This document shows positions 28,763 to 39,589 of a DNA stretch of 64,000 bases, one piece after another. The notes under the pieces are model-generated. The model was given only the letters and a program-made list of their open reading frames with translations, did not search any database and had not been told where the DNA came from. The translations under genes were made by a program, and so were the position numbers. The stretch spans positions 1,665 to 65,664 of the forward strand of contig CALECM010000113.1 of the NCBI GenBank assembly GCA_937949745.1. The letters run 5' to 3'. Origin of the DNA: an uncultured Bacteroidales bacterium (GTDB lineage Bacteria; Bacteroidota; Bacteroidia; Bacteroidales; WCHB1-69). Every line of letters starts with the position of its first letter. The stretch's first letter is position 1.

Positions 28763-29212
28763 CTATTTCAATCCGCTGTGGCCGAATCCTCCCGAACCTC
28801 TCTCCGTTCCCGATAATTCTATAACCGCTTCCCATTCTACTTGTTCATATTTGGCCACGATCATCTGAGCGATCCGTTCGCCATCCTGCACTGAAAACGG
28901 CTCATCGGAAAGGTTGATGAGAATGACCTTGACTTCTCCGCGGTAATCCGAATCTATAGTACCCGGGGTGTTGAGAACCGTGATTCCGAATTTTGCGGCC
29001 AAACCGCTTCTGGGCCTTACCTGGGCTTCAAAGCCCGCAGGAAGTTCTATGAAAATCCCGGTAGGAATCAATGCTCTTCCCAAGGGTTCCAATAATACCG
29101 GTGCATCAAGATTAGCCCTTAAGTCCATTCCAGCCGACTGCGAAGTAGCATATTGGGGTAACGGATGTTTTGAATGATTTACTATTTTACAAATTGCCTT
29201 CATTTTATTCAA
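28763..29212 (-). CDS. dut: dUTP diphosphatase
   Basis: 149 aa (start may be M4 at 29203). Motifs [28 protein letters not shown]. Confidence 0.9.
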   Translation of the reverse strand: MNKMKAICKIVNHSKHPLPQYATSQSAGMDLRANLDAPVLLEPLGRALIPTGIFIELPAGFEAQVRPRSGLAAKFGITVLNTPGTIDSDYRGEVKVILINLSDEPFSVQDGERIAQMIVAKYEQVEWEAVIELSGTERGSGGFGHSGLK

Positions 29213-29228
29213 TATTTAACATTAATAA

Positions 29229-30704
29229 CTATCTTTTAATAATAATGCTTATATATTTATGGTCTGCTAAATATACAATAACCACATAGGAAATCAACAA
29301 GCAGGTATTTATGATCATTTTTAACGTGAAATTCTCAACCGGAATTAGCAGGGAGATAAAATAAATCAATACCGCACATAATATATATAAGGTGATTCTT
29401 AAGACTTTATAATCGACATGATAATATTTTCGGCCCAGTAAATAAGACAATACCATCATGATAAAGTAACAGAAAAAGGTAGCCCACGCTGATCCCATAT
29501 AACCGATCACGGGGATCAGGAGGTAATTTAAAAGTAAGGTGATCCCTGCACCTATTAATGAAATATAAGCTCCGAAACGTGTTTGGTCGGTTAACTTATA
29601 CCAGATCGAAAGATTGTAAAATATCCCCAAGAAGAGATTAGCCAATAATAAAATCGGTACTACTGCGAGACCTTCACGGTACTGGGGACCCACAAAAAAC
29701 TGGACAATATCCATATATAACATTATCCCCAGAAAAATAAGAGAGCAAACCATCACAAAGATGGACATGATATCCGAGTATGTTTGTTTGGCGTCATGAT
29801 CTTTGGATTTATTAAAAAAGTAAGGTTCTGCCGCATATTTAAATGCCTGGATAAAGATCGTCATCATAATGGATATCTTATAACAGGCACTATAGATTCC
29901 TACCTGCGCCTGGGCAATATCCGGGGGAGAAAGTCTTCTTAGTAATACCCGGTCCATAGTTTCATTAATGATTCCTGCCAGACTTAATATCAGCAACGGA
30001 AAACCGTAGATCATCATTTTCTTCCATAGGGAGAAATCGAAAGATATCTTTACTTTAAACAGTTCGGGGAACAACAATATAAGCGTAACGATACTGGCGA
30101 TAAGATTGGCTATAAAAATATATCCCACTCCTATGGCAGGATTATAGACCGCGGAAACAAATCCGGTTGCAATATTTTCTTTGAGCAGATATGGACATAA
30201 AAGAAGGAAAAAGAGGTTCAGCAGTACATTGACTATGATATTGGTAATTTTTATAGCCGCAAATCTTACAGGGCGCAATTGTAAACGAAGTGAAGCGAAA
30301 AAGATGGAAGTGAAAGCGTCGATCCCGATGATGATCCCGAGCCATACCACATATTCCGGATGATCCGGATACTGGAGCCAGTTGGCGATATTTTGGGCAA
30401 ATCCCGTCGTTAATAAAATAAAAATAAGTGAGGTGGTAAAAAGGGAAATGACTACCGTAGGAAATGTTTTCTGCTTGTAGATCTCATTCTGGGAAAAACG
30501 GAAAAAAGCAGTTTCCATCCCATATGTCAGGATCACGATAAAGAGGCTGACCCAGGCATAAAGTTCCCCTACCACTCCATATTGGGCCGGTTCCTGGAAA
30601 ACATAGGTTTGAAGAGGAACTAAAAGGTAGTTCAATAAACGGCTTAATATCGTTGAAACGCCGTAGATTGCTGTTTGCCCCGCGAGATCTTTTATATTAG
30701 CCAA
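29229..30704 (-). CDS. polysaccharide biosynthesis / oligosaccharide flippase (MOP superfamily)
   Basis: 491 aa, about 12-14 hydrophobic helices. Wzx-like architecture. Confidence 0.75.
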   Translation of the reverse strand: MANIKDLAGQTAIYGVSTILSRLLNYLLVPLQTYVFQEPAQYGVVGELYAWVSLFIVILTYGMETAFFRFSQNEIYKQKTFPTVVISLFTTSLIFILLTTGFAQNIANWLQYPDHPEYVVWLGIIIGIDAFTSIFFASLRLQLRPVRFAAIKITNIIVNVLLNLFFLLLCPYLLKENIATGFVSAVYNPAIGVGYIFIANLIASIVTLILLFPELFKVKISFDFSLWKKMMIYGFPLLILSLAGIINETMDRVLLRRLSPPDIAQAQVGIYSACYKISIMMTIFIQAFKYAAEPYFFNKSKDHDAKQTYSDIMSIFVMVCSLIFLGIMLYMDIVQFFVGPQYREGLAVVPILLLANLFLGIFYNLSIWYKLTDQTRFGAYISLIGAGITLLLNYLLIPVIGYMGSAWATFFCYFIMMVLSYLLGRKYYHVDYKVLRITLYILCAVLIYFISLLIPVENFTLKMIINTCLLISYVVIVYLADHKYISIIIKR

Positions 30705-30724
30705 CGTATATATTATTAAACTTG

Positions 30725-30732
30725 CAAAGCTA
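30725..30732 (-). promoter_or_regulatory. Bacteroidota -7 promoter box (TAGCTTTG on minus strand)
   Basis: Plus strand reads CAAAGCTA, 21 nt upstream of the ATG at 30704. Confidence 0.4.
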
Positions 30733-30770
30733 CAAAAATATTCCTTCTGCTAAACTAATACTAATTTCCT

Positions 30771-31910
30771 TTAGGTATTCTTTTTTGTTCCCTGGTAAAG
30801 GTCGAATTTCAAATATTTACATTCGAGTTGTCCATTGTATAAGGTCGTTTTTCCGGATGGGTGCAACCCTATGGATTTCAAAGCATTTTTATCCGAACTG
30901 ATAATATAAGCCGTGCATCCGGAATAATTTTTTTTCAAAGTATCTCCTATCTGACTGTATAGCGCATCAAGGTCTTCTACTTCCAATCTTTCCCCGTAAG
31001 GGGGGTTGGTAATGATAAACGAAGGAATGCGTTTGGGACGGGTATATTGAAAATCCTTTCTTTCCAGATAAATGAAATCCTGTAAGCAAGCTTCTTCCAC
31101 ATTCCGGACTGCCATACCCAAATGACGCGACGAAATATCGTAACCGTAAAGATTGATATCAATATCATCCTTTATATCTGCGCTTTGTGTGGTTTGTTCC
31201 CATAAATTGCGGTCGAAATTGAGCCATGTGAAAAAACCGAAATGTTTCCGGTAAAAAGCTGCGGGAATATTCAGCGCACGCATTGCCGCTTCAATGAGTA
31301 TAGTACCTGAGCCGCACATGAAATCAATGAAATCGGATTTCGCATCCCAGCCGCTTAACTCGATCATGGCAGCCGCCACTACTTCGTTGATCGGGGCCGG
31401 ATGATTGCTTATTTTATAACCTCTCTTATGAAGGGACTCTCCGCTGCTATCGAGGAATACCGTCGCTTCATTACGGTTGATATGGAGATGGAAACTTACG
31501 TCAGGTTCATCTTTGTTTACGGAAGGGCGCTTGCCCGTATTTTCACGGAAACGGTCGCAAATGGCATCTTTCGCCAATACCGAAGCATACAGAGGCGTTT
31601 GGAAAATACTTTCATTAATGGTGGCGCTTATCGCCAGGGTTCCTTCTTCCGTAAGAAATTTTTCTGTTTTTATTTTATAAATTTCATTATAATATTGTTC
31701 TTTATTTTCAAATGTGAAAGCGGATATCTGCCATAATACCCTTAAAGCCGTACGACAAAAATAATTAACTTTATATAATAATAACATATCTCCTTCGAAG
31801 CTTACCGCCCGGTTAAGGAGAATACAATTTTCCGCGCCCAATTTTATTAATTCATTCAATAATATATTCTCAATTCCCGGATATGTTTTTGCAATAAATG
31901 ATTCTTTCAT
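30771..31910 (-). CDS. THUMP-domain class I SAM-dependent RNA methyltransferase (RlmL/K-like)
   Basis: DFMCGSGT SAM motif and ITNPPYGERL motif IV. Start set at MKESFIAK (31910) because a -7 box overlaps the longer ORF start. Confidence 0.85.
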   Translation of the reverse strand: MKESFIAKTYPGIENILLNELIKLGAENCILLNRAVSFEGDMLLLYKVNYFCRTALRVLWQISAFTFENKEQYYNEIYKIKTEKFLTEEGTLAISATINESIFQTPLYASVLAKDAICDRFRENTGKRPSVNKDEPDVSFHLHINRNEATVFLDSSGESLHKRGYKISNHPAPINEVVAAAMIELSGWDAKSDFIDFMCGSGTILIEAAMRALNIPAAFYRKHFGFFTWLNFDRNLWEQTTQSADIKDDIDINLYGYDISSRHLGMAVRNVEEACLQDFIYLERKDFQYTRPKRIPSFIITNPPYGERLEVEDLDALYSQIGDTLKKNYSGCTAYIISSDKNALKSIGLHPSGKTTLYNGQLECKYLKFDLYQGTKKNT

Positions 31911-31964
31911 AGTATATTTAGCTTCAAATTTCAATTCTTCCAATAAATGCAATAAAAGACCGAA

Positions 31965-31972
31965 CAAAAATA
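31965..31972 (-). promoter_or_regulatory. Bacteroidota -7 promoter box (TATTTTTG on minus strand)
   Basis: Plus strand reads CAAAAATA, 55 nt upstream of the ATG at 31910. Confidence 0.35.
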
Positions 31973-32239
31973 ATGAATTAAATTCAATTTTTACGGAATA
32001 AATTTATTTTAAAATTGGATAAAAAATATTTGAGTATATTTTAACTTTATAAAAATCAATAAGTTAAAAGGTAAAGTAAAAATCTTTTATAAAAAACATA
32101 AAAAAAGAAATTTTTTGTTATATTTGCACATCAAAAAAATAATCTAAAAACAATTAAAATTCAAAATTAACGTTTAAGATACTGTTAAAGGGTTATTTTC
32201 GAGAAAAAAAACTAATTTTTTAAAAGGAGATATTAAACT

Positions 32240-33016
32240 ATGAAAAATTCAAAAGGGAAAATTATGCTCGTCGAAGACAGTAGCAATCTTCGATATGTGC
32301 TTAGAGATTATTTCGAAATCCTTGATTATGAGGTGATTGACTTCGGTGATACCGAAAGTGCATTGAAAGCTTTTAATTCAGGTCAATTTGATATATGTCT
32401 CTTGGACGTTATGATGCCGGAAAAAGACGGCTTTACTTTAATGCAGGAAATCAGGAAACTGGATCCTGACGTACCGGTAATTTTCTTAACTGCTAAATCA
32501 AGCAAAGAAGACCGGATCAAAGGATTTAAACTGGGATGTGATGATTACATCACCAAACCGTTCAGTACGGAAGAATTAGCCCTTCGTATCGAAGCGATTC
32601 TCAGACGTACCAAACGTAACCGTAAAGAAACCAAAACTCTTTATGAGGAAAGAATTTATAAATTCGGTGATTTTATTTTCAATTACAGTGCCATGCAATT
32701 GATACATCCAACCATCACCAGGACTTTAACCAGAAAAGAAGCAGAACTACTTAAACTCTTATGTGAGCACCAGAATAAATTATTACCACGCGGTGTCATC
32801 CTGAAAGAAATATGGGGAGATGAAGATTATTCAGTGGGAAGAAGTATGGATGTATTCCTCACGAAACTCCGTTCTTATATCAACATTGAAAAAATTAACA
32901 AAGAACATCTGAATCCCAATGGCGGCCGCCGGGAAAAATACAAACCGGGCTATGAACCCAAAGTGGAAATATGTAATGTTCACGGAACAGGATTCATATT
33001 AAAAGTTAGAAATTAA
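32240..33016 (+). CDS. OmpR/PhoB-type response regulator (orphan; insertion in the winged-helix domain)
   Basis: 258 aa. Receiver domain (LVEDS, DICLLDVMMP phospho-Asp, LTAK). wHTH (LTRKEAELLKLL...MDVFLTKLRSYI...VHGTGFILK). Confidence 0.85.
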   Translation: MKNSKGKIMLVEDSSNLRYVLRDYFEILDYEVIDFGDTESALKAFNSGQFDICLLDVMMPEKDGFTLMQEIRKLDPDVPVIFLTAKSSKEDRIKGFKLGCDDYITKPFSTEELALRIEAILRRTKRNRKETKTLYEERIYKFGDFIFNYSAMQLIHPTITRTLTRKEAELLKLLCEHQNKLLPRGVILKEIWGDEDYSVGRSMDVFLTKLRSYINIEKINKEHLNPNGGRREKYKPGYEPKVEICNVHGTGFILKVRN

Positions 33017-33020
33017 AAAC

Positions 33021-33050
33021 AAGAACTTGCCGACAGGCAAGTTCTTTTTT
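33021..33050 (+). terminator. rho-independent terminator
   Basis: AAGAACTTGCC-GACA-GGCAAGTTCTT is a perfect 11-bp stem followed by a T-run, 5 nt after the regulator stop codon. Confidence 0.75.
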
Positions 33051-33057
33051 ACCTTTG
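33050..33057 (+). promoter_or_regulatory. Bacteroidota -7 promoter box TACCTTTG
   Basis: Matches TAnnTTTG, 18 nt upstream of the ATG at 33075. Confidence 0.4.
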
Positions 33058-33074
33058 CCGAAAAATATTTAAGT

Positions 33075-33944
33075 ATGATCATAGACAAACTTTTTAGCCA
33101 AGTAGCTGATAAAGGGAATGTTTGTTTGGGCCTGGATACTGATTACCAGTATTTGCCTGCGGATTTTGCCGCCCAATATTCCGGTATTGGTGAAGGCCTC
33201 TTCGCTTTTAACAAAAAGATCATTGACGCGACCCAGGATATTGTAGCATGTTATAAAGTTCAGATAGCCTATTACGAGGCTTATGGTCTGGAAGGCATGG
33301 AAGCCTATAAAAAAACACTGGCTTATCTCAGGGATACCCGTAACCTGATCATCGCGGACGTGAAACGGGGTGATATTGCCAAAACTGCTGAAATGTATGC
33401 CAAAGCTCATTTTTCAGGCGATTTTGAAAGTGATTTTATGACGATCAATCCTTATATGGGGCTCGATAGTATTACGCCTTATCTCCCCTATCTAAAAGAT
33501 CAGCATAAAGGTCTTTTCGTATTGGTCAGGACATCCAATGAAGGCGCGAAAGATTTCGAATATCTGGAAGTGGGAAATGATAAACGGCTTTATAACGTCG
33601 TGGGTGAGAAAATTAATGAACTGGGAAAAGAATATATGGGAAAATGCGGCTTTTCCTCTATCGGCGGCGTGATGGGCTGTACCCACGCCGATGAAGCCAG
33701 GGAAGTTCGCCGTACATTGGACAGTACTTTTTTCTTAATACCGGGATATGGCGCCCAGGGAGGTAAAGCCGAAGACATTGCCCTATATCTCCGCGATGGA
33801 AATGGCGGAGTTGTAAACGCTTCCCGCTCTATTCTGCTGGCTTATAAAAAAGAAGAGAACGGTACCGGTGATTTTGCGGCTGCTTCCCGCAAAGAAGCAT
33901 TGCGTATGCGGGATGAGATCAGGAATGCTGTACAACATCAATAA
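33075..33944 (+). CDS. pyrF: orotidine 5'-phosphate decarboxylase (type 2)
   Basis: VCLGLDTD and ADVKRGDIAKT motifs. Start moved to MIIDKL because the longer ORF begins inside the upstream terminator. Confidence 0.88.
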   Translation: MIIDKLFSQVADKGNVCLGLDTDYQYLPADFAAQYSGIGEGLFAFNKKIIDATQDIVACYKVQIAYYEAYGLEGMEAYKKTLAYLRDTRNLIIADVKRGDIAKTAEMYAKAHFSGDFESDFMTINPYMGLDSITPYLPYLKDQHKGLFVLVRTSNEGAKDFEYLEVGNDKRLYNVVGEKINELGKEYMGKCGFSSIGGVMGCTHADEAREVRRTLDSTFFLIPGYGAQGGKAEDIALYLRDGNGGVVNASRSILLAYKKEENGTGDFAAASRKEALRMRDEIRNAVQHQ

Positions 33945-33959
33945 ATTATCTTAATTTTC

Positions 33960-34697
33960 ATGGAGTATTTTTCAAGTAAGGTAATCAGGCAGGAGAAATC
34001 AGCCCCTGGCATTTTTTCAATTGAGATCACTGCCCCGGGACAAACGGTTAATCCGGGACAATTCTATATGTTAAAATCATGGCAGGATAATTTGCCCCTG
34101 ATGCGACCGATCAGTGTTTATAAATATGAAAACGAAGTCCTCACATTTCTTTATAAAGTAGTGGGTAAAGGAACGGAAGCGTTGTCGTTGCTTAAAAAGG
34201 GTAATACGATCGAATTGCTTGGACCTTTGGGTAATGGTTTTCCCTGTGACGATATTCACGGAAAGATCGCTTTGGTTGCGGGAGGAGTCGGAATCCCCCC
34301 GATGTATGAAACGGCCAAAAAACTTTTTACGGCGGGAAATACGGTAGATCTCTACCTGGGTTACAAGGATTCCTTATTTTGTTACGAAGATTTTGAAGAT
34401 GTGTGCCACCGTATATTTATCGCCTGCGAATCAGGTCTGGAAGGATATAAGGGATTTGTCACCGATTTAATAGAATATGAACATTACGACGCCGTTTTGA
34501 CATGCGGACCGGAAGCCATGATGTTTAAAATAAGGGAAAAATGCCTTGAATTAAAAATTCCCGTCTGGCTTTCTATGGAACGCAGAATGGGTTGCGGGAT
34601 CGGAGCCTGCCTGGTTTGTTCCTGCCAAACGGAAAAAGGAATGGAGAGAACGTGCAAAGATGGTCCCGTTTTCAATGGACTTGCCCTGAAAGTGTAA
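33960..34697 (+). CDS. pyrK: dihydroorotate dehydrogenase electron-transfer subunit
   Basis: 245 aa. FAD/NAD-binding fold. C-terminal 2Fe-2S motif [11 protein letters not shown]...C. Confidence 0.88.
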   Translation: MEYFSSKVIRQEKSAPGIFSIEITAPGQTVNPGQFYMLKSWQDNLPLMRPISVYKYENEVLTFLYKVVGKGTEALSLLKKGNTIELLGPLGNGFPCDDIHGKIALVAGGVGIPPMYETAKKLFTAGNTVDLYLGYKDSLFCYEDFEDVCHRIFIACESGLEGYKGFVTDLIEYEHYDAVLTCGPEAMMFKIREKCLELKIPVWLSMERRMGCGIGACLVCSCQTEKGMERTCKDGPVFNGLALKV

Positions 34698-34704
34698 TTA
34701 TATA

Positions 34705-35625
34705 ATGGATAATAATATGTCGCAAAATATTTTAGCTACTACGATCAACGGAGTCAATTTTAAAAATCCCGTGATCGCGGCTTCCGGTACTTTTGGATTT
34801 GGCAGGGAGTATCATCAACTCTATGATGTGGGTATTCTCGGGGGTATCAGTTCTAAAGGTTTAACCCTGAATCAACGTGACGGAAATCCGGGTATCCGTA
34901 TTTATGAAACCGCCAGTGGCATCATGAATAGTGTCGGATTACAAAATCCGGGTGTTAAAACTTTTATCAGGGATGAATTACCCTGGATGGAGAGACTGGA
35001 TACCGTTATCCTGGCTAATCTCGGTGGTAACACCCTGGAGGATTATCTGGAAGGAATTACTTTGTTAAATGATACGGCTGTAGATTTTATCGAATTGAAT
35101 ATTTCCTGTCCGAATGTAAAAAGCGGCGGCATGGCATTCGGAATTAAAGCAGATGTGGCTTACCAGACCGTTAAGGAGGCCAAAAATATAGCCCGAAAAC
35201 CCCTTATGGTTAAACTTTCACCCAATGCCGAAAATATAGTGGAAATGGCTGTGGCATGTGAAAATGCCGGTGCGGATTCACTTTCCCTGGTCAATACATT
35301 CAAGGGAATGGCTATAGATATCCGGAGACGAAAACCTGTTTTTGACAATATCTATGCGGGATTATCCGGAGCGGCTATAAAACCTATTGCTTTGAGAATG
35401 GTGCATGAAATATGCCGGGAAGTTAAAATACCCGTTATCGGAATGGGAGGCATTTATACGGTTGAAGATATTATAGAATTCATCATGGCCGGCGCTTCAG
35501 CGGTACAGATCGGAACGGCCCACTTTTCCCATCCTTTGATCGGAAAAGAGATTGTGGAGGGGCTTGAAACTTTTCTGAATAAGGAAGGTATTACCCACAT
35601 AGATGAAATCCGTGGAATTATCTAA
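34705..35625 (+). CDS. pyrD: dihydroorotate dehydrogenase 1B catalytic subunit
   Basis: 306 aa. [15 protein letters not shown] and GMGGI motifs. Confidence 0.92.
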   Translation: MDNNMSQNILATTINGVNFKNPVIAASGTFGFGREYHQLYDVGILGGISSKGLTLNQRDGNPGIRIYETASGIMNSVGLQNPGVKTFIRDELPWMERLDTVILANLGGNTLEDYLEGITLLNDTAVDFIELNISCPNVKSGGMAFGIKADVAYQTVKEAKNIARKPLMVKLSPNAENIVEMAVACENAGADSLSLVNTFKGMAIDIRRRKPVFDNIYAGLSGAAIKPIALRMVHEICREVKIPVIGMGGIYTVEDIIEFIMAGASAVQIGTAHFSHPLIGKEIVEGLETFLNKEGITHIDEIRGII

Positions 35626-36644
35626 TTGGGCTGATATTCGTGATATTTCCTGAATCCTAAATGCTTCGTATATTGTCCGTTGACCAAAGAATCCTGGCTT
35701 CTGGAGTTGATCGTGTATGATCGGTTAACTTTGTTCCGGGAAGAAAAAATTCCGTAATTGGTGCCGTCCTGAGGCATAAAATTAGTATGTTCAATACCAT
35801 TTTCGTTTATTGAAGTGGATCCGGGGTTATTAAGGTCCACGTAAATGCTGTAATTTTTATCCGCACACCATATTTCATATTCTATACACGATAATCCGTC
35901 CGGATAACGGGTAACTGAATTATCGGGCTTTAAAGTATTGGCGATAGTATTATATATCGTATTTATGCGGTATCCCATTTTAAATTCTGATGTAGACGTC
36001 ACATTGGTATTTCCTACGTGACGGCTTATTACGCCTCTTTTAACGATTTCATTGGTGGATTTACTCACTTCTATATAATGAAAATGCTGGTAAATTTCGC
36101 AACTGTAAGCATTGGAAGGAACCCTGAATGATATGGTACTGGCTCCTCCGAACGTCAGATTGAGTTCTATACCGGGCATAGGGGTATAAATTTGTATATC
36201 TCCCACTAAAGGCGTGGTGGCATAAGTCTCTTTGCCTGTATATTTATTCGTAATAATTAATTTATAAACCGCCTGCGGATTTAATGTGGCGGAAGTATAA
36301 TAAAGGATTTGTTTCGGATAAGCGAAATCTCCCGGTTCCCTGGGAACTGAGGTCGTGGTATCCAACGGGATTGTCCGGACAAGACTATTGTTAAGATATT
36401 CCTCCATTTTAACTTCGATACTGTCACAATAAGTTGTGTTCTCCAGTTCGGAAGCCGCCACGAAAGCGTTGTCTTCGGTCAGGAAGCCTTTATATATCTT
36501 GATATAATGATTATCGTCATTAAAGTTTAGTATACCGTAAGAAATGGTAATATCCTGATATTTATCGTTAATATCAAATTCCGGGTTACAACCCGAAAAG
36601 GCTAAAATTAATAAAGCGAATAATAAAATGATAGGTTTATTCAT
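35622..36644 (-). CDS. hypothetical lipoprotein
   Basis: 340 aa. Lipobox AFSGC. Convergent with pyrD, with a 4-nt overlap. Confidence 0.6.
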   Translation of the reverse strand: MNKPIILLFALLILAFSGCNPEFDINDKYQDITISYGILNFNDDNHYIKIYKGFLTEDNAFVAASELENTTYCDSIEVKMEEYLNNSLVRTIPLDTTTSVPREPGDFAYPKQILYYTSATLNPQAVYKLIITNKYTGKETYATTPLVGDIQIYTPMPGIELNLTFGGASTISFRVPSNAYSCEIYQHFHYIEVSKSTNEIVKRGVISRHVGNTNVTSTSEFKMGYRINTIYNTIANTLKPDNSVTRYPDGLSCIEYEIWCADKNYSIYVDLNNPGSTSINENGIEHTNFMPQDGTNYGIFSSRNKVNRSYTINSRSQDSLVNGQYTKHLGFRKYHEYQPN

Positions 36645-36670
36645 ATGATTGGATAATGTTCAATACTTAA

Positions 36671-37423
36671 TTAGTAGCGGCTGATGTCCCGTACCCATTT
36701 GGGGCCGACCCTCTCTCCTCTGCGGTTGACTTTGTCATTTTCCCGGAATTTTTCATTGAAAGAATAGACCAGACGTAATGTAAGCATATGGTTGTATTGC
36801 TTCCTGACTAAAGTTTCACCGGTATTATAATAAAATGTCCGGGTTCTTATGGGCACAAAAGTATATTGATATCTGAAATTGAGTTTCAGTCCTTTATATA
36901 ACCTGAATTTAACATCTGCCAGCACACTCCAGTCGCTGGTCTTATAAATTTTATGAGATTGCATATTCGTATTCAGCCGGTAACCGTTCTCTATTTCTTT
37001 GATATTGACCAATCTTCCCCAGGCAAAACCTGCGCCGAAGGACCAGCCTGTTTTCGGATCCTCGTAATGAACGACAACGGGAACCTCTACATAATCCAGT
37101 ACTAATTTATATTTGATTTTACGGTTATAGGGAAATCGGTCATCCACATTGGCAGGTTTTTTCATACTGTCGACCAATGAGCGCCTGTAAGAACCTTTCT
37201 GGGTATAAAGTAATTCGATAGTTCCAAACCAGGTCTGTTTTTCATTAAACGCAAATGTAACCGAACCTCCGCCGTTGATACCGAATTTATGGAAACCGTA
37301 AACGTTATCGCCATCCACCTGTGTGGCATTCATCCCTAAAATGGCTGAACCTACAAATCGTTGCGAATAGGCGGCGGATAAAGTAAAGAAAGTGAAAACC
37401 AGTAATAGTTGTAAATATCTCAT
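36671..37423 (-). CDS. outer-membrane beta-barrel protein (PorT/OMP_b-brl-like)
   Basis: 250 aa. Signal peptide and alternating beta-strand pattern. Confidence 0.6.
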   Translation of the reverse strand: MRYLQLLLVFTFFTLSAAYSQRFVGSAILGMNATQVDGDNVYGFHKFGINGGGSVTFAFNEKQTWFGTIELLYTQKGSYRRSLVDSMKKPANVDDRFPYNRKIKYKLVLDYVEVPVVVHYEDPKTGWSFGAGFAWGRLVNIKEIENGYRLNTNMQSHKIYKTSDWSVLADVKFRLYKGLKLNFRYQYTFVPIRTRTFYYNTGETLVRKQYNHMLTLRLVYSFNEKFRENDKVNRRGERVGPKWVRDISRY

Positions 37424-37456
37424 CGTGTTTTAAAAATACAAAAGTACAGTAAAAAA

Positions 37457-37912
37457 TTATCCATTTTCCCTTTTTTTCTCAAAAAATTCCTTTAATATGG
37501 ACATACATTCATTTTCCAGTACGCCTTTCCTGACTTTGGTTTTAGGGTGCAGTATATCGGCTGGTATCGTGGTATATCCTTTCTTTGGATCCGGGGCGCC
37601 ATAGACCAAACGTCCGGTCTGAGCCCACGCGATGGCACCCGCACACATAAGGCACGGTTCCAAGGTGACATAAATGGTACAATCTTTCAGGTATTTGGCT
37701 CCCAGATAATTCTCGGCCGCCGTTATGGCCTGCATCTCCGCATGTGCCGTCACATCATTCAAGGTTTGGGTAAGGTTGTAACCGCGGGCGATAATCGCTT
37801 CTTCCATTACGATCACCGCGCCCACCGGGATTTCATCCTGGGCGAAAGCATTTTCTGCTTCATTCAGGGCCTGCCTCATGTAATACTCATCAGAATTTTT
37901 TTCAAGTTCCAT
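37457..37912 (-). CDS. tadA: tRNA adenosine(34) deaminase
   Basis: 151 aa. HAEMQAI and PCLMCAGA zinc motifs. Confidence 0.9.
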   Translation of the reverse strand: MELEKNSDEYYMRQALNEAENAFAQDEIPVGAVIVMEEAIIARGYNLTQTLNDVTAHAEMQAITAAENYLGAKYLKDCTIYVTLEPCLMCAGAIAWAQTGRLVYGAPDPKKGYTTIPADILHPKTKVRKGVLENECMSILKEFFEKKRENG

Positions 37913-37973
37913 CTATCGGGAATATCATTTATAAAACACGCCAGCCATTCATTTATTGTAACCAACCGGATTA

Positions 37974-39464
37974 TTATCTTTTCAAAAGGTCGAATACGGT
38001 TTTTGCCGGATTAAAAGTTTCCAGCGGCACTTCTACAAATAAGGTGATCCAGTCTGCCATCGCCCCGTTCCATAAACCGGGAAGTTCCATTGCTTTGAGA
38101 AGAGCATTCCCGTATGACTTGGTAGTGATGAATCCGGTGTTCCTGTCGATAAATCTAGTCAAATCGAATTTTCCCCCCCGATAGTTTTTAATACCGCATA
38201 CCATATCCACAGGATTAAAATGGGTGGATTGTTGTAAAATCTTCTTTTGCGCATTATTGTCCATATCAATCTGGGAAGTTTCAACGATTTGTAAATTAAT
38301 CTCTCCCCGGTAATTTTTCACCCAAAACGGTCCGCCTCCCGGTGCTCCTTCATTTTTCACCATCCCGCAAACCCGCATCGGACGATTTAAAAAATCAAAT
38401 AAAGCCGAAATATCACGATCTTCGGGTATTCCTGTTTTCAGTTCGCCGCGGATAAAATTTTCTATTTCGTCTCGTATTTCTTCGCCGTCCCCACATTCGA
38501 TTTTTTTAAGATAATGGAATATCTGATTTTGAATCTTGAGCAGAAAAGCCGTTAACAATTTCTTATACAGGACAGTAGGTTCTATTTTGCTTTCGGGTAC
38601 CACATTATCAATATTCTTGATCAACACGATATCTCCGTCTAATTTGTCCAGGTTGTGAATGAGCGCTCCGTGTCCGGCGGGACGGAAAAGAAGTTCTCCG
38701 TTTTCATTCCGGAACGGTTTGTTATCGGGTGTAGCGGCTAAAGTATCCGTTCCCGGATCCTGCACGGAAAAATTAATATTATATACCACATCAAACCTCT
38801 TTTCATATAGCGGTTTGAGTTCTTTCGTAATATATTTAAAATGATCCATGTGAGCCGGTGAAACCGTAAAATGCAAATGGCATTGTCCGTCACTGTTCCT
38901 GGCGTATAAAGCCGCTTCGACCAGGTGTTCTTCTACCGCGTACCGGCAACGGTCTGCATAACAATGGAATTTGATTAACCCTTTAGGTGTATTTTTATAA
39001 TTCAATCCTTCCTCGTTCAGGATAAAACCAATTACCGTTTTATAATTTCCTTTTTTAATTTCTTCCGTAAGGGAATAGCCGGCTTTGCTCATTACGGTAT
39101 CCAAATCCTCATAAAACGCGTACAAAGGAATATCCCGCAAAAAACCTTTTGCTTTTTCCGCATACTCGTCACCGGTGGATTCCAGGTAAGTAAATAAATC
39201 CTTGAACATCCGTGAAGCCGCACCCGAAGCCGGCACAAACTTTAGGATCATCTTCTCCCCTACTAAAGACGAATATGAATCCAGCAATTGATCCATCTCA
39301 TCGGGAGATTGCTGTTTTATCCCGTCCTGTAGTATAGCCGGACGGATAAGGTCCGCAAACGGGAATCCTTTATCATATAAAAAGAATTGGGATCTCACTT
39401 GCTCGGGGTTACTTCCCCTTTCCCGCATTTGCATAAGATCTTTTTGAGTAAATTGTATATCCAT
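37974..39464 (-). CDS. DUF4301-like protein (nucleotidyltransferase-like)
   Basis: 496 aa. FVPASGAASRMF motif. The family assignment is from memory. Confidence 0.65.
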   Translation of the reverse strand: MDIQFTQKDLMQMRERGSNPEQVRSQFFLYDKGFPFADLIRPAILQDGIKQQSPDEMDQLLDSYSSLVGEKMILKFVPASGAASRMFKDLFTYLESTGDEYAEKAKGFLRDIPLYAFYEDLDTVMSKAGYSLTEEIKKGNYKTVIGFILNEEGLNYKNTPKGLIKFHCYADRCRYAVEEHLVEAALYARNSDGQCHLHFTVSPAHMDHFKYITKELKPLYEKRFDVVYNINFSVQDPGTDTLAATPDNKPFRNENGELLFRPAGHGALIHNLDKLDGDIVLIKNIDNVVPESKIEPTVLYKKLLTAFLLKIQNQIFHYLKKIECGDGEEIRDEIENFIRGELKTGIPEDRDISALFDFLNRPMRVCGMVKNEGAPGGGPFWVKNYRGEINLQIVETSQIDMDNNAQKKILQQSTHFNPVDMVCGIKNYRGGKFDLTRFIDRNTGFITTKSYGNALLKAMELPGLWNGAMADWITLFVEVPLETFNPAKTVFDLLKR

Positions 39465-39538
39465 GGCCGGGTACTTTAATTTTCATTTTATTTACAAATA
39501 ACACAAGCTATATTCTTCCTGATTACAGTTATTTTTCG

Positions 39539-39546
39539 TAATTTTG
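39539..39546 (+). promoter_or_regulatory. Bacteroidota -7 promoter box TAATTTTG
   Basis: Matches TAnnTTTG, 44 nt upstream of the ATG at 39590. Confidence 0.4.
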
Positions 39547-39589
39547 CATATTCATCGATCCTGTTAATGGATGCAAAAATAAGAAATTT

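Noticed and set aside
33027-33074. The longer pyrF ORF start (MPTGKFFFTFAEKYLS).
   Set aside because: This start lies inside the perfect 11-bp terminator hairpin of the upstream regulator gene and upstream of a -7 box. MIIDKL at 33075 fits the PyrF N-terminus.
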